DNA from: a bacterium
Lineage (GTDB): Bacteria > Patescibacteriota > Microgenomatia > UBA8517
DNA length: 64,000 nucleotides
Assembly: GCA_030583725.1 (NCBI GenBank)
Contig: CP129472.1
Coordinates: 75-64,074, forward strand
Direction of reading: 5' to 3'
The translations under genes were made by a program, and so were the position numbers. Shown here one piece after another: positions 31,687 to 41,668 of the stretch. Position 1 is the first letter of the stretch. The number at the start of each line of letters is the position of its first letter. Below the pieces are notes generated by a model. The model worked only from the letters and a program-made list of their open reading frames with translations, made no database searches and was not told the origin of the DNA.

Positions 31687-31844
31687 ATATTTAATTTTAA
31701 ACGAATTCAGTTGTTTTATACAGCTACGATAATTTACTATTCAATTACTTAAAAAAGAATAATAATGTATTTTATACCTTTTACCTTGATTGTCATGGAC
31801 AAGTTAATGATGATTAGCAATTTATAGGTAACTTAGTGTAAAAT

Positions 31845-32342
31845 TTGACTATGGCAAAGAAAAAGGTAATTAAAAAATTTAAGCTCAATAAATGGATTAA
31901 AATTTTATTACCTCTGCTTGTATTAGTAATAGGTTCGATGTTTATTCTAAGTAAGTCAACTAGCGAAATTAGCTTTAATGGATGTGGAACAGACTTTCCT
32001 AATTATAAGTATAGTTTGAAGTTTCCATTTTTGTGGACATTTAAGCAAACCGTTCTAGATTCAACAAGCAGTTATTATGAGGTTAGTGGGCCAAATAGTG
32101 TTTTTACTGTAAGCTGTACAAACCAGGGTGTTGGTGGAGGATGTAATAAAGATTATTGGACTACAATTAATGTAAATGGAAGGCAATATGATGCATGTCT
32201 TCAAAAGATTGATGGTACGTGGAATATGAGTAATGTAAATTTTTCAGATACTTCTGTAGAAAACATAATTGTTTCATTTTGGTCTGAAGGGCTTGATAAA
32301 ATTGAAATTGAAAAAATTCTCTCTTCTTTTAAGCGTTTATAA
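31845..32342 (+). CDS. Hypothetical secreted/membrane-anchored protein
   Basis: N-terminal signal/TM (ILLPLLVLVIGSMFIL). Cys-containing. No motif. Confidence 0.4.
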   Translation: MTMAKKKVIKKFKLNKWIKILLPLLVLVIGSMFILSKSTSEISFNGCGTDFPNYKYSLKFPFLWTFKQTVLDSTSSYYEVSGPNSVFTVSCTNQGVGGGCNKDYWTTINVNGRQYDACLQKIDGTWNMSNVNFSDTSVENIIVSFWSEGLDKIEIEKILSSFKRL

Positions 32343-32411
32343 AAAAAACAAAGCAGGATACTTTTTCAGAGTTAGACTCTAAAATTTCTCCTGCTTTTTA
32401 TTAAATTTTAC

Positions 32412-34391
32412 TTACTTAATCCATCCCCATTTACAAAACCAACTCATTGGCCACGAATATTGACTGCATTTGTCAACCTGTGGTGTTGTGATTGATGTTG
32501 ATGGTACTGGTGTTTCAATTGTTACTGCGGGCATATGGATGATATTCATGCAATCTGGATTGACATGTACGTTATTATGGTTGCGAACCCAATTCGACTC
32601 TGTGACACGAATCGATCCATCCTCATTCAATCCTTGGAAAATCGCCACATGTCCTGCGTTAAAATTAGCAGATTCACAACTTGTACCCCCATTTTGAGAT
32701 GCTGGATTCCATGTAACGATGTCACCTTGTTTGGCAGTTGAAAAATCATTTGTTACCGTCCATCCACAGGTGCCACTTTTGTCCGGATCATTTGCCCAAT
32801 CATCCCAGAGACCGCCGTTAGGGAATGATTTACCCCAGCATTTTTCTACTTCTGCATTCACTCTGGCTACATAGTTTGTGCATTGTTCCATTGCTCCGAC
32901 ATCTGGAGGATTAAATGGATTCCACCATTGTCCCGTTGCAAGTTCGTCACATCCTGTATCAACAAGTGGACTTACCTCAGAAGTTGCAGGATCAGGAACT
33001 ATTGGAACTGTGACAATCAACGTTGCTTCAGCTTGTGAAATTACAGTAGCAACTGGCTGTACTGCAACAATAGGATACATATGGTATTCCCCACCTGTTC
33101 CTACTTCTGCAGCCCAACCTTGTACCCCTTTGTACTCCACAATGAACCATCTGACTTCTTGTTTACACTTTGGTCCATCAACCACCTTAACCTCACTGTA
33201 GTTAGGCATTATTGTTAATGGATCAGTGTTTACGTTTGGTCTCGGCCGGAGATTCAAATCTTTTCTTGCAATTTGTGCATTACCTCCAACAGTTAATACC
33301 GCAGGAGAAGCAGGGCATTCACCATCACTTGCTAAACCTTGTGGGCCATTTGGAATTACTTGCACTTGGCCCACAATTGATGGCACTGTTGTTGAACCTT
33401 GATTAGGAACAATCGGTGTTGTATTTGGGAAATATCGATTCTTGAAGTCGATAAATCCGTTGTAATCTCGATTAACATCGGGGATGTCTGATCCATGATG
33501 AATCGATTTTAAATCAGAGTTACTCCACCCTTTGTTATCAATCCAAGATCTTGGAATTCCCAAAGCATCCAAAGTATCAGGATTTGGAATTAGTCTTCTT
33601 TCCATTGAACCGTTTTTGATAACGATGACGAAAAGGTTTCCATTTATATCAATGATGCTACTTGTTACAAATGGAAAAGAAGGTTCTGCAGGTTGCTGAT
33701 TGGGGGCAAGAACAGAGACTATGATGCTTCCTGATTTTCCTGCATAATCCCAATTGTTATCTCCTTGTCCTGCGACCCACAAGCTTAGTTTATGGTTACC
33801 AGTAGGAAATCCTGATGTGTTCCATGTCCATGACAGACTGGGCGCACCAATTTCATACAGGTCTACACCATTAACTTTCACTTTCATAGCTCTTACTTGA
33901 ACATTACATGACCCACTACCTGAGATTTGGATTTGTTCCCCAACAATTACATTCCTTGGCCACGCATCAAATGTATCTATACTGCATGAAGGATTTTGTG
34001 GAGCGGGCGGGGCTGTAAGTTGATATCCAAAATCAACACAATTTTGCTCCTGCCAATTTGGATCGTCTGATGCCTTGGTGCAAATGTTTATGTTTGCATT
34101 GCCAACGGGGCAATCACCAGTACGCCAGCTTGAATCAAATTCCACTTCTGATGTTTCACCTTTGGTTACTCCACCACAACTTACATTGATTCTTGTGGCT
34201 CCAGGATTTGTCGAATCAACCTTAATATGAATGTTTACATCATAGCCGACTTGAGCATTTCCTTGTGGATTGAAGCTCGCATTGAAATTTGGTCCGCGAG
34301 TATGTAAAGACTCTGCAACCACAGGACTAGTGATTAGGGCAAGCAGTATTACTGCCTTAATCAAAGCCATCCAACAAATTTTCTTAAACAT
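32412..34391 (-). CDS. Large secreted Cys-rich protein with C-terminal CHAP-like amidase/peptidase domain
   Basis: Signal peptide (MALIKAVILLALITSPVVA). C-terminal CTNYVARVN...GHVAIFQG...ESNW, consistent with a CHAP Cys/His pair. Divergent from pilB. Confidence 0.5.
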   Translation of the reverse strand: MFKKICWMALIKAVILLALITSPVVAESLHTRGPNFNASFNPQGNAQVGYDVNIHIKVDSTNPGATRINVSCGGVTKGETSEVEFDSSWRTGDCPVGNANINICTKASDDPNWQEQNCVDFGYQLTAPPAPQNPSCSIDTFDAWPRNVIVGEQIQISGSGSCNVQVRAMKVKVNGVDLYEIGAPSLSWTWNTSGFPTGNHKLSLWVAGQGDNNWDYAGKSGSIIVSVLAPNQQPAEPSFPFVTSSIIDINGNLFVIVIKNGSMERRLIPNPDTLDALGIPRSWIDNKGWSNSDLKSIHHGSDIPDVNRDYNGFIDFKNRYFPNTTPIVPNQGSTTVPSIVGQVQVIPNGPQGLASDGECPASPAVLTVGGNAQIARKDLNLRPRPNVNTDPLTIMPNYSEVKVVDGPKCKQEVRWFIVEYKGVQGWAAEVGTGGEYHMYPIVAVQPVATVISQAEATLIVTVPIVPDPATSEVSPLVDTGCDELATGQWWNPFNPPDVGAMEQCTNYVARVNAEVEKCWGKSFPNGGLWDDWANDPDKSGTCGWTVTNDFSTAKQGDIVTWNPASQNGGTSCESANFNAGHVAIFQGLNEDGSIRVTESNWVRNHNNVHVNPDCMNIIHMPAVTIETPVPSTSITTPQVDKCSQYSWPMSWFCKWGWIK

Positions 34392-34584
34392 TTAACACAC
34401 TCCTTCTCCTCTATTAAGAGGTCTAATATGGATTTGTAAGTCAAAGAACGACTCAAAACTATCGGGTGTATTATAACATAAAATAGGCCGTCCCTACATT
34501 CTAACTCTCCTTTTTCTTTTAAGTTTTGTGTTGATATCCAGATTTGCACTTTCTTTTTTGCTCGTAACTGACTATTATTAAGGT

Positions 34585-36318
34585 ATGCCCAATACTGCCA
34601 CTGCCAATGTAAATAAAACTGCGACGGGAAATAATCTTGCCGATATCTTAGTTTCTATGGGAGTTTTAGATAAGACCAGAGCTGACCAAGTTAAAATGGC
34701 TGAGGTCCAGTATGGTACTACTCAGGAGGAAATAATCAAAAAACAAAATCTAGTTAATAACACTGATCTTGTTAAGGCTAAGGCTACTTTTTATAACGTC
34801 CCCTTTGTAGATTTGGCAACTAGTCCTTCCTCCCCTGAGGCAATGTCAATACTTTCTCAAGAAGTTTCGAACAAATTTAATATATTTCCACTTGCAGTTG
34901 ATAAAACAGCCAAGAATATTACTCTGGCTATGGCCGATCCCCTTGATTTGACGGCTATAGAGTTTGTAGAGAGAAAAACAGGTTTAAGGGTTAAACCCGT
35001 AGCCGTTGAGGAAGATAAATTGGAAGATATTATTACAACTAGATATGCAAGTTCATTGTCGCAAGAGGTTACAGAAGCTTTAAAAGATGTAGCTCCAGAT
35101 AAAAAGGTAAGTACTAGTGAGAACCTTAAAATTGGTTTCATTAGAGAAGAAAAAATATCAGAAATTGTAACTCATATTTTGGAATTTGCAGTTAAGTCTC
35201 GTTCATCTGATATACATATTGAGCCTGAAGAAAGAGCGACTAGGGTTCGTTACAGGGTTGATGGAATATTGGTTGAAAAGTTGACTATTCCCAGAGAGCT
35301 TCACGAATCTTTAACATCGAGAATAAAAATACTTTCTGGTATGAAAATTGATGAAAAAAGAATACCACAAGACGGAAGGTTTAATTTTAAGGCTGCAAAT
35401 GAAGATACTGACCTTCGTGTTTCTTCACTTCCCACAGCATGGGGAGAAAAGATTGTTATGCGTTTGTTGAAAAAAACTGGTGGTGTTCCAGATTTACCAA
35501 CTCTTGGTCTTCGTGGCAAAGCCTTGAAAAACCTACAGGATGCAATTTTAAGACCTCATGGCATTATTTTAATTTGTGGACCAACTGGATCTGGTAAGAC
35601 CACAACACTTTACTCAATTATTAGTAAAATTAATACACCAAAGGTAAATATTGTAACTTTGGAAGACCCAATTGAATATAAAATGGTTGGTGTCAATCAG
35701 GTACAAATTAATCCAGCAGTTGGTTTAACATTTGCTTCTGGTTTAAAAGCTTTTTTAAGACAAGACCCCAACGTTATATTAGTTGGAGAAATACGTGATC
35801 AAGAAACTGCAGATCTTGCAATTCAAGCCTCATTAACAGGGCACTTAGTTTTTTCTACTCTTCACACCAATAACGCAGCAGGAGCACTTCCTAGGATGCT
35901 TGATATGGGTGCTGAACCTTACCTTTTAACATCGTCAATGACAGCAATAATGGCCCAGAGGGTTGCAAGAAAAATACACGAGGATTGTAAAGAGGAATTT
36001 ACTCCTGACCCCAAAATAGTTGAAGATATGAAAACAGTACTAGGACCACTTTGGCCAACAAATTCTGTTGGTAAAACATATAGAGGTAAAGGGTGCCAGG
36101 CCTGTGGAAATACTGGCTATTATGGCAGGGTTGGTATTTTTGAAGTTTTGCCAGTTTCTGATTCGATAGGTAAAATGATATTGGGAAGGTCACCTGCTGT
36201 TGAAATTGAAAAGAAAGCCAAAGAAGAAGGTATGATAACATTAAAACAGGATGGTTATTTAAAAGTTTTAGCAGGAGAAACGACGATTGAAGAAGTGTTA
36301 AGGGTGGCTCAAGAATAG
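34585..36318 (+). CDS. pilB: Type IV pilus assembly ATPase PilB (GspE family)
   Basis: GspII_E N-terminal region. Walker A GPTGSGKTT, Asp box, Walker B ILVGEIRD, His box, tetracysteine CxxC...CxxC (CQACGNTGYYGR). Confidence 0.9.
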   Translation: MPNTATANVNKTATGNNLADILVSMGVLDKTRADQVKMAEVQYGTTQEEIIKKQNLVNNTDLVKAKATFYNVPFVDLATSPSSPEAMSILSQEVSNKFNIFPLAVDKTAKNITLAMADPLDLTAIEFVERKTGLRVKPVAVEEDKLEDIITTRYASSLSQEVTEALKDVAPDKKVSTSENLKIGFIREEKISEIVTHILEFAVKSRSSDIHIEPEERATRVRYRVDGILVEKLTIPRELHESLTSRIKILSGMKIDEKRIPQDGRFNFKAANEDTDLRVSSLPTAWGEKIVMRLLKKTGGVPDLPTLGLRGKALKNLQDAILRPHGIILICGPTGSGKTTTLYSIISKINTPKVNIVTLEDPIEYKMVGVNQVQINPAVGLTFASGLKAFLRQDPNVILVGEIRDQETADLAIQASLTGHLVFSTLHTNNAAGALPRMLDMGAEPYLLTSSMTAIMAQRVARKIHEDCKEEFTPDPKIVEDMKTVLGPLWPTNSVGKTYRGKGCQACGNTGYYGRVGIFEVLPVSDSIGKMILGRSPAVEIEKKAKEEGMITLKQDGYLKVLAGETTIEEVLRVAQE

Positions 36319-36349
36319 TCTAAGGAATTTAAGTAAGAAAAATAAAAAT

Positions 36350-37414
36350 ATGATAAACCTAAAACATTTGTTACAACAAACGATTGACTTAAAGTCATCA
36401 GATCTACACCTTGTTGCGGGTGTTCCTCCAACTGTCAGAATTGATGGTGAACTTAAATCTTTGCCGGATACAGGACTTTTGACACCTGAGTTGGTTGCTG
36501 AAGGATTAAAACAAGTTATGACTTCAGAGCAAATTGAAAGATTAACAGTCAATAAAGAACTTGATTTCTCACTTTCTTTTGATGACAGGGCAAGGTTTAG
36601 GGTTAATGCATATACTCAGAAAGGATCTTTGGCTGCTGCTTTTAGAAGAATTCCACTTGAGATTCCCGAGATTGATAAATTAAATCTACCTAAGATAACA
36701 AGGAGCTTTACAGGTTTAAGACAAGGTTTGGTTTTAGTGACTGGTCCCACTGGACACGGCAAGTCAACAACCTTGGCTGCAATAATTAATGAAATCAATA
36801 AAAACAGGTCTTGCCACATAGTAACAATTGAAGATCCAGTCGAATTTGTTTTTAAACCTATCAAGTCAATTATTTCTCAGCGAGAGATGAGATCAGATAC
36901 TCACTCGTGGCAAGTTGCACTACGTTCTGTTTTGCGTGAAGACCCAGATGTTGTTTTAGTTGGCGAAATGAGAGATTTTGAAACAATTTCAGCAGCTTTA
37001 ACAATTGCTGAAACAGGCCATTTAGTTTTTGGAACCTTGCATACTAACTCAGCAGCTCAAACTATTGATAGAATTGTGGATGTTTTCCCAGAAGACCAAC
37101 AGGCCCAAGTCAGACTTCAGTTGTCATCTGTCTTAGAAGCAGTTTTCTCTCAAAGATTAATAACCGCTGTTGCTGGAGGAAGGGTTGTGGCCCATGAAGT
37201 GATGTTAGGGACAACTGCGATTAAAACTTCAATCAGAGAAGGTAAAACACATCAAATAGACTCAATTATTCAGACTTCTTTAGAAGTTGGTATGTCTACC
37301 CTTGAACATTCACTATCTGCATTGGTTAAGCAAGGAATAATTTCTATTGAAACTGCACAAGAGTGGACAGTAAGACCTGATGAGTTGAACAGGTTGATTA
37401 AAGGTACAAAATAA
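36350..37414 (+). CDS. pilT: Twitching-motility retraction ATPase PilT
   Basis: ASDLHL, Walker A GPTGHGKST, VLVGEMRD, GHLVFGTLHTNSA. Size 354 aa. Confidence 0.9.
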   Translation: MINLKHLLQQTIDLKSSDLHLVAGVPPTVRIDGELKSLPDTGLLTPELVAEGLKQVMTSEQIERLTVNKELDFSLSFDDRARFRVNAYTQKGSLAAAFRRIPLEIPEIDKLNLPKITRSFTGLRQGLVLVTGPTGHGKSTTLAAIINEINKNRSCHIVTIEDPVEFVFKPIKSIISQREMRSDTHSWQVALRSVLREDPDVVLVGEMRDFETISAALTIAETGHLVFGTLHTNSAAQTIDRIVDVFPEDQQAQVRLQLSSVLEAVFSQRLITAVAGGRVVAHEVMLGTTAIKTSIREGKTHQIDSIIQTSLEVGMSTLEHSLSALVKQGIISIETAQEWTVRPDELNRLIKGTK

Positions 37415-37430
37415 CATACAAGCTGCGTTT

Positions 37431-38636
37431 ATGAAAAGGTTTAACTACAAGGCAAAAGACAAATCCGGTAAATTAGTTACAGGAGAAGTGGAAGCTGTTA
37501 ATGATATGTTGGCGGCCAAGCTAGTTCGTGGAAAAGGACTTCTTGTCCTCTCAATTAAACAAACATATGAAAGCCCCATAACCTTTATCAGAAATCTAAA
37601 AAATAGAATAACACCTTCAGATGTTGCTACTTTTACAAGACAGTTGGCAACAATGGTCAATGCTGGTTTACCAATAACTGAGTCGTTAATTATATTAAAG
37701 TCTCAAGCTAAAGGGTCAATGGGTAAAGTAGTATCTCAAATACTTGCAGACATTGAGGGTGGCGAGTCAGTTTCAAAGGCGTTCGTGAAGCATCCAACTG
37801 TTTTTACTCCAACCTATATAGCTTTGGTTAAGTCAGGTGAGGCAGGAGGGGTTTTAGATACTGTTTTGGCTCGTCTTGCAGACGATATGGAAAAACAACA
37901 GGAATTTAAAGGTAAAGTTAAGGGAGCTTTAATTTATCCTACAATAATTATTATTGGTATGGTTATAGTTGCTTTTATAATGATGATTTTTGTTATCCCT
38001 CGCTTGACTTCGCTTTATGATGAGTTTAATGCAGAACTTCCCCTTCCTACAAAAATATTAATTGGTGTTTCTGATGCTGTTATAAAATTTTGGCCTGTTA
38101 CAATTGCTTTGGTTGTTGGGGCTGTTTATTCGTTTCAAGCGTATAGGAAAACGACACAAGGAAGACTGAAAACAGATCAACTACAGTTTAAAATACCAAT
38201 TTTTGGCGAGCTTCAAAAACAAGTTATATTAACAGAATTAACAAGTACGCTCTCTTTAATGACTGGTGCTGGTGTTTCAATTTTAGAAGGTTTAAATATT
38301 ACTGCAGACGTTGTCGGTAATGTGGTTATCAAAAATGCTATTAAGGATGTTGCGGTTCAGGTTGAGAAAGGATTTCCAGTTTCATTTGCATTCGCCAAAC
38401 ACCCAGAAGCTTTTCCTTTCATCCTTTCTCAAATGGTAGCAGTGGGAGAAGAAACTGGAAAAATGGAAGAGGTTTTGGGCAAAGTTAGTCATGTTTTTGC
38501 TGTTGAGTCAGATCAAAAGGTCAAAAGTTTAACTTCTGCAATTGAACCAATTGTTATGGTTATTTTGGGTTTGGGCGTAGGTTTTTTGGTAATTGCAATA
38601 ATTTTACCTATTTATAACTTGACTTCTCAATTCTAA
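37431..38636 (+). CDS. pilC: Type IV pilus platform protein PilC (GspF family)
   Basis: Two T2SSF repeats (QLATMVNAGLPITESL, LSLMTGAGVSILEGL) and 3 TM segments. 401 aa. Confidence 0.85.
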   Translation: MKRFNYKAKDKSGKLVTGEVEAVNDMLAAKLVRGKGLLVLSIKQTYESPITFIRNLKNRITPSDVATFTRQLATMVNAGLPITESLIILKSQAKGSMGKVVSQILADIEGGESVSKAFVKHPTVFTPTYIALVKSGEAGGVLDTVLARLADDMEKQQEFKGKVKGALIYPTIIIIGMVIVAFIMMIFVIPRLTSLYDEFNAELPLPTKILIGVSDAVIKFWPVTIALVVGAVYSFQAYRKTTQGRLKTDQLQFKIPIFGELQKQVILTELTSTLSLMTGAGVSILEGLNITADVVGNVVIKNAIKDVAVQVEKGFPVSFAFAKHPEAFPFILSQMVAVGEETGKMEEVLGKVSHVFAVESDQKVKSLTSAIEPIVMVILGLGVGFLVIAIILPIYNLTSQF

Positions 38637-38674
38637 AGATAGATTATTATATGTAAGGGAGGTGAACTAAAATA

Positions 38675-39307
38675 ATAAATAAATTAAAAACAAAAAACAA
38701 AAAAGGTTTTACCTTGGTAGAACTTTTGATTGTAATTGGTTTACTTGGAGCAATTGCCTTAATTGTTATTGCTGCTATTAATCCTATTGAACAAGCAAAC
38801 AGAGCTCGCGACACAAGGTTTAAGTCAGATGCTGGTCAACTGATTTCCGCAATAGACAGATATTTTGCAGCTAATTCTAGATTTCCTTGGATGACAGTTA
38901 CACCTACTTACTCAACAGAAGACGAGTTTGGATTTGTAACCTCTTCCAGTCAAGAAGTCGGTCTTTGTGGTGCAACTTGTGCTGTCAATGGAGTCTTAAT
39001 AACCACCAATGAACTAAAAACAGAGTTTAGAAATAGAGATTTTGTTCAGGATGGTGGAGCAGGTGCAACACTAGATGAACAAATATTAATAGGTAAAGAG
39101 CAAGGTTCATCTGCATCAGTCTATGGTTGTTTTGTTCCTTTGGCTAATTCAACAAAACAAGTTGCAGTTACCGAAGGTAATGTTTACCAACCAAATACAT
39201 CAACTGGCGAAAAAGGTACTCCTGTTACAACTTGTGATGGAGCAGCAGGCGACGGAGCGGGTGTAAATTGGGTAACCAACGGTTGTTATGTTTGTATACC
39301 TCAGTAG
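38675..39307 (+). CDS. Type IV (pseudo)pilin, first of tandem array; probable non-ATG (ATA) initiation
   Basis: Class III signal ...KNKKG|FTLVELLIVIGLLGAIALI with Glu+5. The in-frame leader extends upstream of the only canonical start (TTG 38714) to a TGA at 38663-38665. AGGGAGGTGA lies 9 nt before ATA at 38675. Start coordinate uncertain. Confidence 0.6.
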   Translation: MNKLKTKNKKGFTLVELLIVIGLLGAIALIVIAAINPIEQANRARDTRFKSDAGQLISAIDRYFAANSRFPWMTVTPTYSTEDEFGFVTSSSQEVGLCGATCAVNGVLITTNELKTEFRNRDFVQDGGAGATLDEQILIGKEQGSSASVYGCFVPLANSTKQVAVTEGNVYQPNTSTGEKGTPVTTCDGAAGDGAGVNWVTNGCYVCIPQ

Positions 39308-39314
39308 TATAAGT

Positions 39315-40022
39315 ATGGAAGTTTATTTCATACTTATACTATTGGTTTTGGTAGCTTTGGCAATTGGCTCTTTTGTGTCAGCAGTCAGCTACCGTATTCC
39401 CAGAGATTTAAATTTTTCTAAAGGAAGATCTTTTTGTGACTTATGTCAGAAATACTTAAAATGGTATGACAATATTCCTTTATTTTCATACTTTTTTTAC
39501 TTTGGAAAATCAAGATGTTGTGGTCAAAAGATATCTATACGCTATCCACTAATTGAAGCCGCCTCAGTATTAGGAGCTTGTATTTTGTTTTTATTATTTC
39601 CGTTTTTAGAATTTATTCTTTACTATTCCCTCTTTGTTACATTACTTACAATATTGGTCATTGATATCGAGCATCAAATTATTCCTGATGAGCTTGTTTG
39701 GCTAACGTTACTAATTTCTATTTTAATAGTTAACACCTCACTTTTAACTACTTTGTTTTTTGCATTTCTTTTTTCAACGTTTCTCTTAAGTATCTATATA
39801 CTTACATCAGGAAAAGGTATGGGTTTGGGTGACGTAAAACTTGCAATTCCTTTAGGGTTAGTCTTAGGGCAAGAAAAAGGTTTAGTATGGTTATTGTCAA
39901 CTTTCATAATTGGTGGAATAGTAGCTTTATTCTTGCTAGTATTAAAGAAGGCAAAGTTAAAGACTAAAATTGCGTTTGGACCGTTCATGATAGTAGCTTT
40001 TTGGATTACGTTAATGTTATGA
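39315..40022 (+). CDS. pilD: Prepilin peptidase PilD (A24 family)
   Basis: N-terminal TM, zinc-binding tetracysteine motif CDLCQKYL...CCGQ, and about 6 TM with the catalytic-Asp region. ATG at 39315. Confidence 0.8.
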   Translation: MEVYFILILLVLVALAIGSFVSAVSYRIPRDLNFSKGRSFCDLCQKYLKWYDNIPLFSYFFYFGKSRCCGQKISIRYPLIEAASVLGACILFLLFPFLEFILYYSLFVTLLTILVIDIEHQIIPDELVWLTLLISILIVNTSLLTTLFFAFLFSTFLLSIYILTSGKGMGLGDVKLAIPLGLVLGQEKGLVWLLSTFIIGGIVALFLLVLKKAKLKTKIAFGPFMIVAFWITLML

Positions 40023-40660
40023 AAAAAAATATTAAAGGCTTTACTCTAACAGAGCTGTTAATAGTTGTGGGCTTGCTCTCATTTTTAGCGCTTCTAATTA
40101 TTCTCTTTTTAAGAAATCAAGTTCACAAGGGAAATGACGCTAGAAGAAAAGCTGAGATCAAAAGAATTGGTATTGCTGCAGAGGAATATGAAAAAGATAA
40201 CGATTGCTATCCCCTTTCAAGTCTTGTGGCCTGCAATCCTGGTAGTGGTTTATTACCATATTTGGATAAAATCCCTTGTGATCCTGTAACTAAGGCCTCT
40301 TATCTCTATGAACATGAAGATTCAAGTTGTCCAAAGTGGTATAGGATTTATGGCAGACTTGATAATGAGTCAGACGTAGATAGTACCCCTTATATTGGTC
40401 CTAACTCTGCATTTGACTATGTTTACTCAAGTCCAAATGCACCCGGAGTTGTTCCGGATGTACCAGCGCCTACAGCTAGTGGCGGAGGTGGAGGTGGAGC
40501 AGGTCAAACTACTTTCTATGGCTGTTTTAGTGGGTCTTGTATGGTCGTCCAATGGGATGTATCAAGGCCTGGTCCTGCTTGTGATCCGAACTTTCAAAAC
40601 CCAACCTGCTATGGACAATGTTCAAATTTAAATAACGAATGTCAACCTTGGAATCAATAA
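40019..40660 (+). CDS. Prepilin-type protein with Gly-rich C-terminal region
   Basis: MKKNIKG|FTLTELLIVVGLL. Start overlaps the pilD stop (ATGA). SGGGGGGAGQ and a Cys-rich tail. Confidence 0.65.
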   Translation: MKKNIKGFTLTELLIVVGLLSFLALLIILFLRNQVHKGNDARRKAEIKRIGIAAEEYEKDNDCYPLSSLVACNPGSGLLPYLDKIPCDPVTKASYLYEHEDSSCPKWYRIYGRLDNESDVDSTPYIGPNSAFDYVYSSPNAPGVVPDVPAPTASGGGGGGAGQTTFYGCFSGSCMVVQWDVSRPGPACDPNFQNPTCYGQCSNLNNECQPWNQ

Positions 40661-40670
40661 ATAAGTCTTA

Positions 40671-41177
40671 ATGAAAATCAAACCATTTACATTAGTTGAA
40701 ACAAAACTATTAGCATTTATATTTTTGGTGTTGTTTGTGGTTATTGGGTTTAATATGTCAATTTCTTTAAGGCGCGGTAGGGATGCCACAAGAAAAAATG
40801 ATATTTCAGCAATTCAAAAGGGATTAGATACCTACTATCAAAAGTATCGTATTTATCCCCAATCTACATCTGATGGAAAAATGATTGGATGTTTTACTGA
40901 AGAAGCTGTGACAGACATACTAACTGGATTACCATTAAATGTGGAGGTTTGTAATTGGGGTGAATCTAATTTTGAGGGTATGTCCCCTATGCCTAGGGAT
41001 CCAAGTGATAAAAAAGGTGTAAGTTACAAGTATGTTTCAGACGAGAAAAGCTATGGTTTTTATGTTTCTTTAGAAGGTAAGGATGAACCTGAATATAATT
41101 TAGGAACACAACAATTAGGATTGCAATGTGGCACTAAAGTATGCAATTATGGAAGAGTAGTTGAAAATGAAATATAG
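40671..41177 (+). CDS. Prepilin-like protein (atypical leader MKIKP|FTLVETKLL)
   Basis: N-terminal hydrophobic helix and Glu+5-like arrangement. RGRDATRKNDIS motif shared with neighbours. Confidence 0.55.
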   Translation: MKIKPFTLVETKLLAFIFLVLFVVIGFNMSISLRRGRDATRKNDISAIQKGLDTYYQKYRIYPQSTSDGKMIGCFTEEAVTDILTGLPLNVEVCNWGESNFEGMSPMPRDPSDKKGVSYKYVSDEKSYGFYVSLEGKDEPEYNLGTQQLGLQCGTKVCNYGRVVENEI

Positions 41178-41622
41178 TAAGCAAAACTTGGCCAGTAAAA
41201 CTGGTAAAAAAGGATTTACATTAGTTGAACTTTTAGTAGCAATGGCAATTATTGGAGTTTTGGCTGCAATGGCTGTTGGTAGTTTTAGAACTGCACAATT
41301 AAGGGGTAGGGATACACAGAGAAAGTCTGATCTAAAACAGGTTTCAAATGCTTTAGAACTTTATTATGCTGATTATGGAAGGTATCCTGATAGTTTGACT
41401 TGGGGTGGAGAGTTTACTGATGGCAGAACAATTTACTTTAAGGTTTTACCAACTGACCCATCTGGTGGTGTATACACCTATACTCTAGTTGGTGCTTCTA
41501 CCCAAAAATACCAGCTTTTTGCAAGACTTGAAAATACTGAAGATCAAGACTGTATACAAGACAACTGTGCGCAGAATCCCAATTTTGCAGTTACTAGTGC
41601 TAATACAACAGCAACAGAGTAA
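41161..41622 (+). CDS. Type IV pilin / GspG-like pseudopilin
   Basis: KKG|FTLVELLVAMAIIGVLAA...RGRDTQRKSDLKQVSNALELYYADYGRYPD (GspG-like). Confidence 0.75.
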   Translation: MKMKYSKQNLASKTGKKGFTLVELLVAMAIIGVLAAMAVGSFRTAQLRGRDTQRKSDLKQVSNALELYYADYGRYPDSLTWGGEFTDGRTIYFKVLPTDPSGGVYTYTLVGASTQKYQLFARLENTEDQDCIQDNCAQNPNFAVTSANTTATE

Positions 41623-41668
41623 GCATAGCTTGCCACTAAAGTGGTAATATATAATTAAAGTCAAAGTT

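Noticed and set aside
38663-38665. Possible UGA recoding (code 25) as the explanation for the missing pilin start
   Set aside because: UGA and UAA both act as clean stops at the ends of well-aligned conserved genes throughout the window (rnc, gyrB, pilD). No conserved protein needs read-through.
40395-40631. 78-aa ORF in an alternative frame inside the pilin gene 40019-40660
   Set aside because: Same-strand frame overlap within the Gly-rich region. Product is low-complexity and there is no independent start signal.
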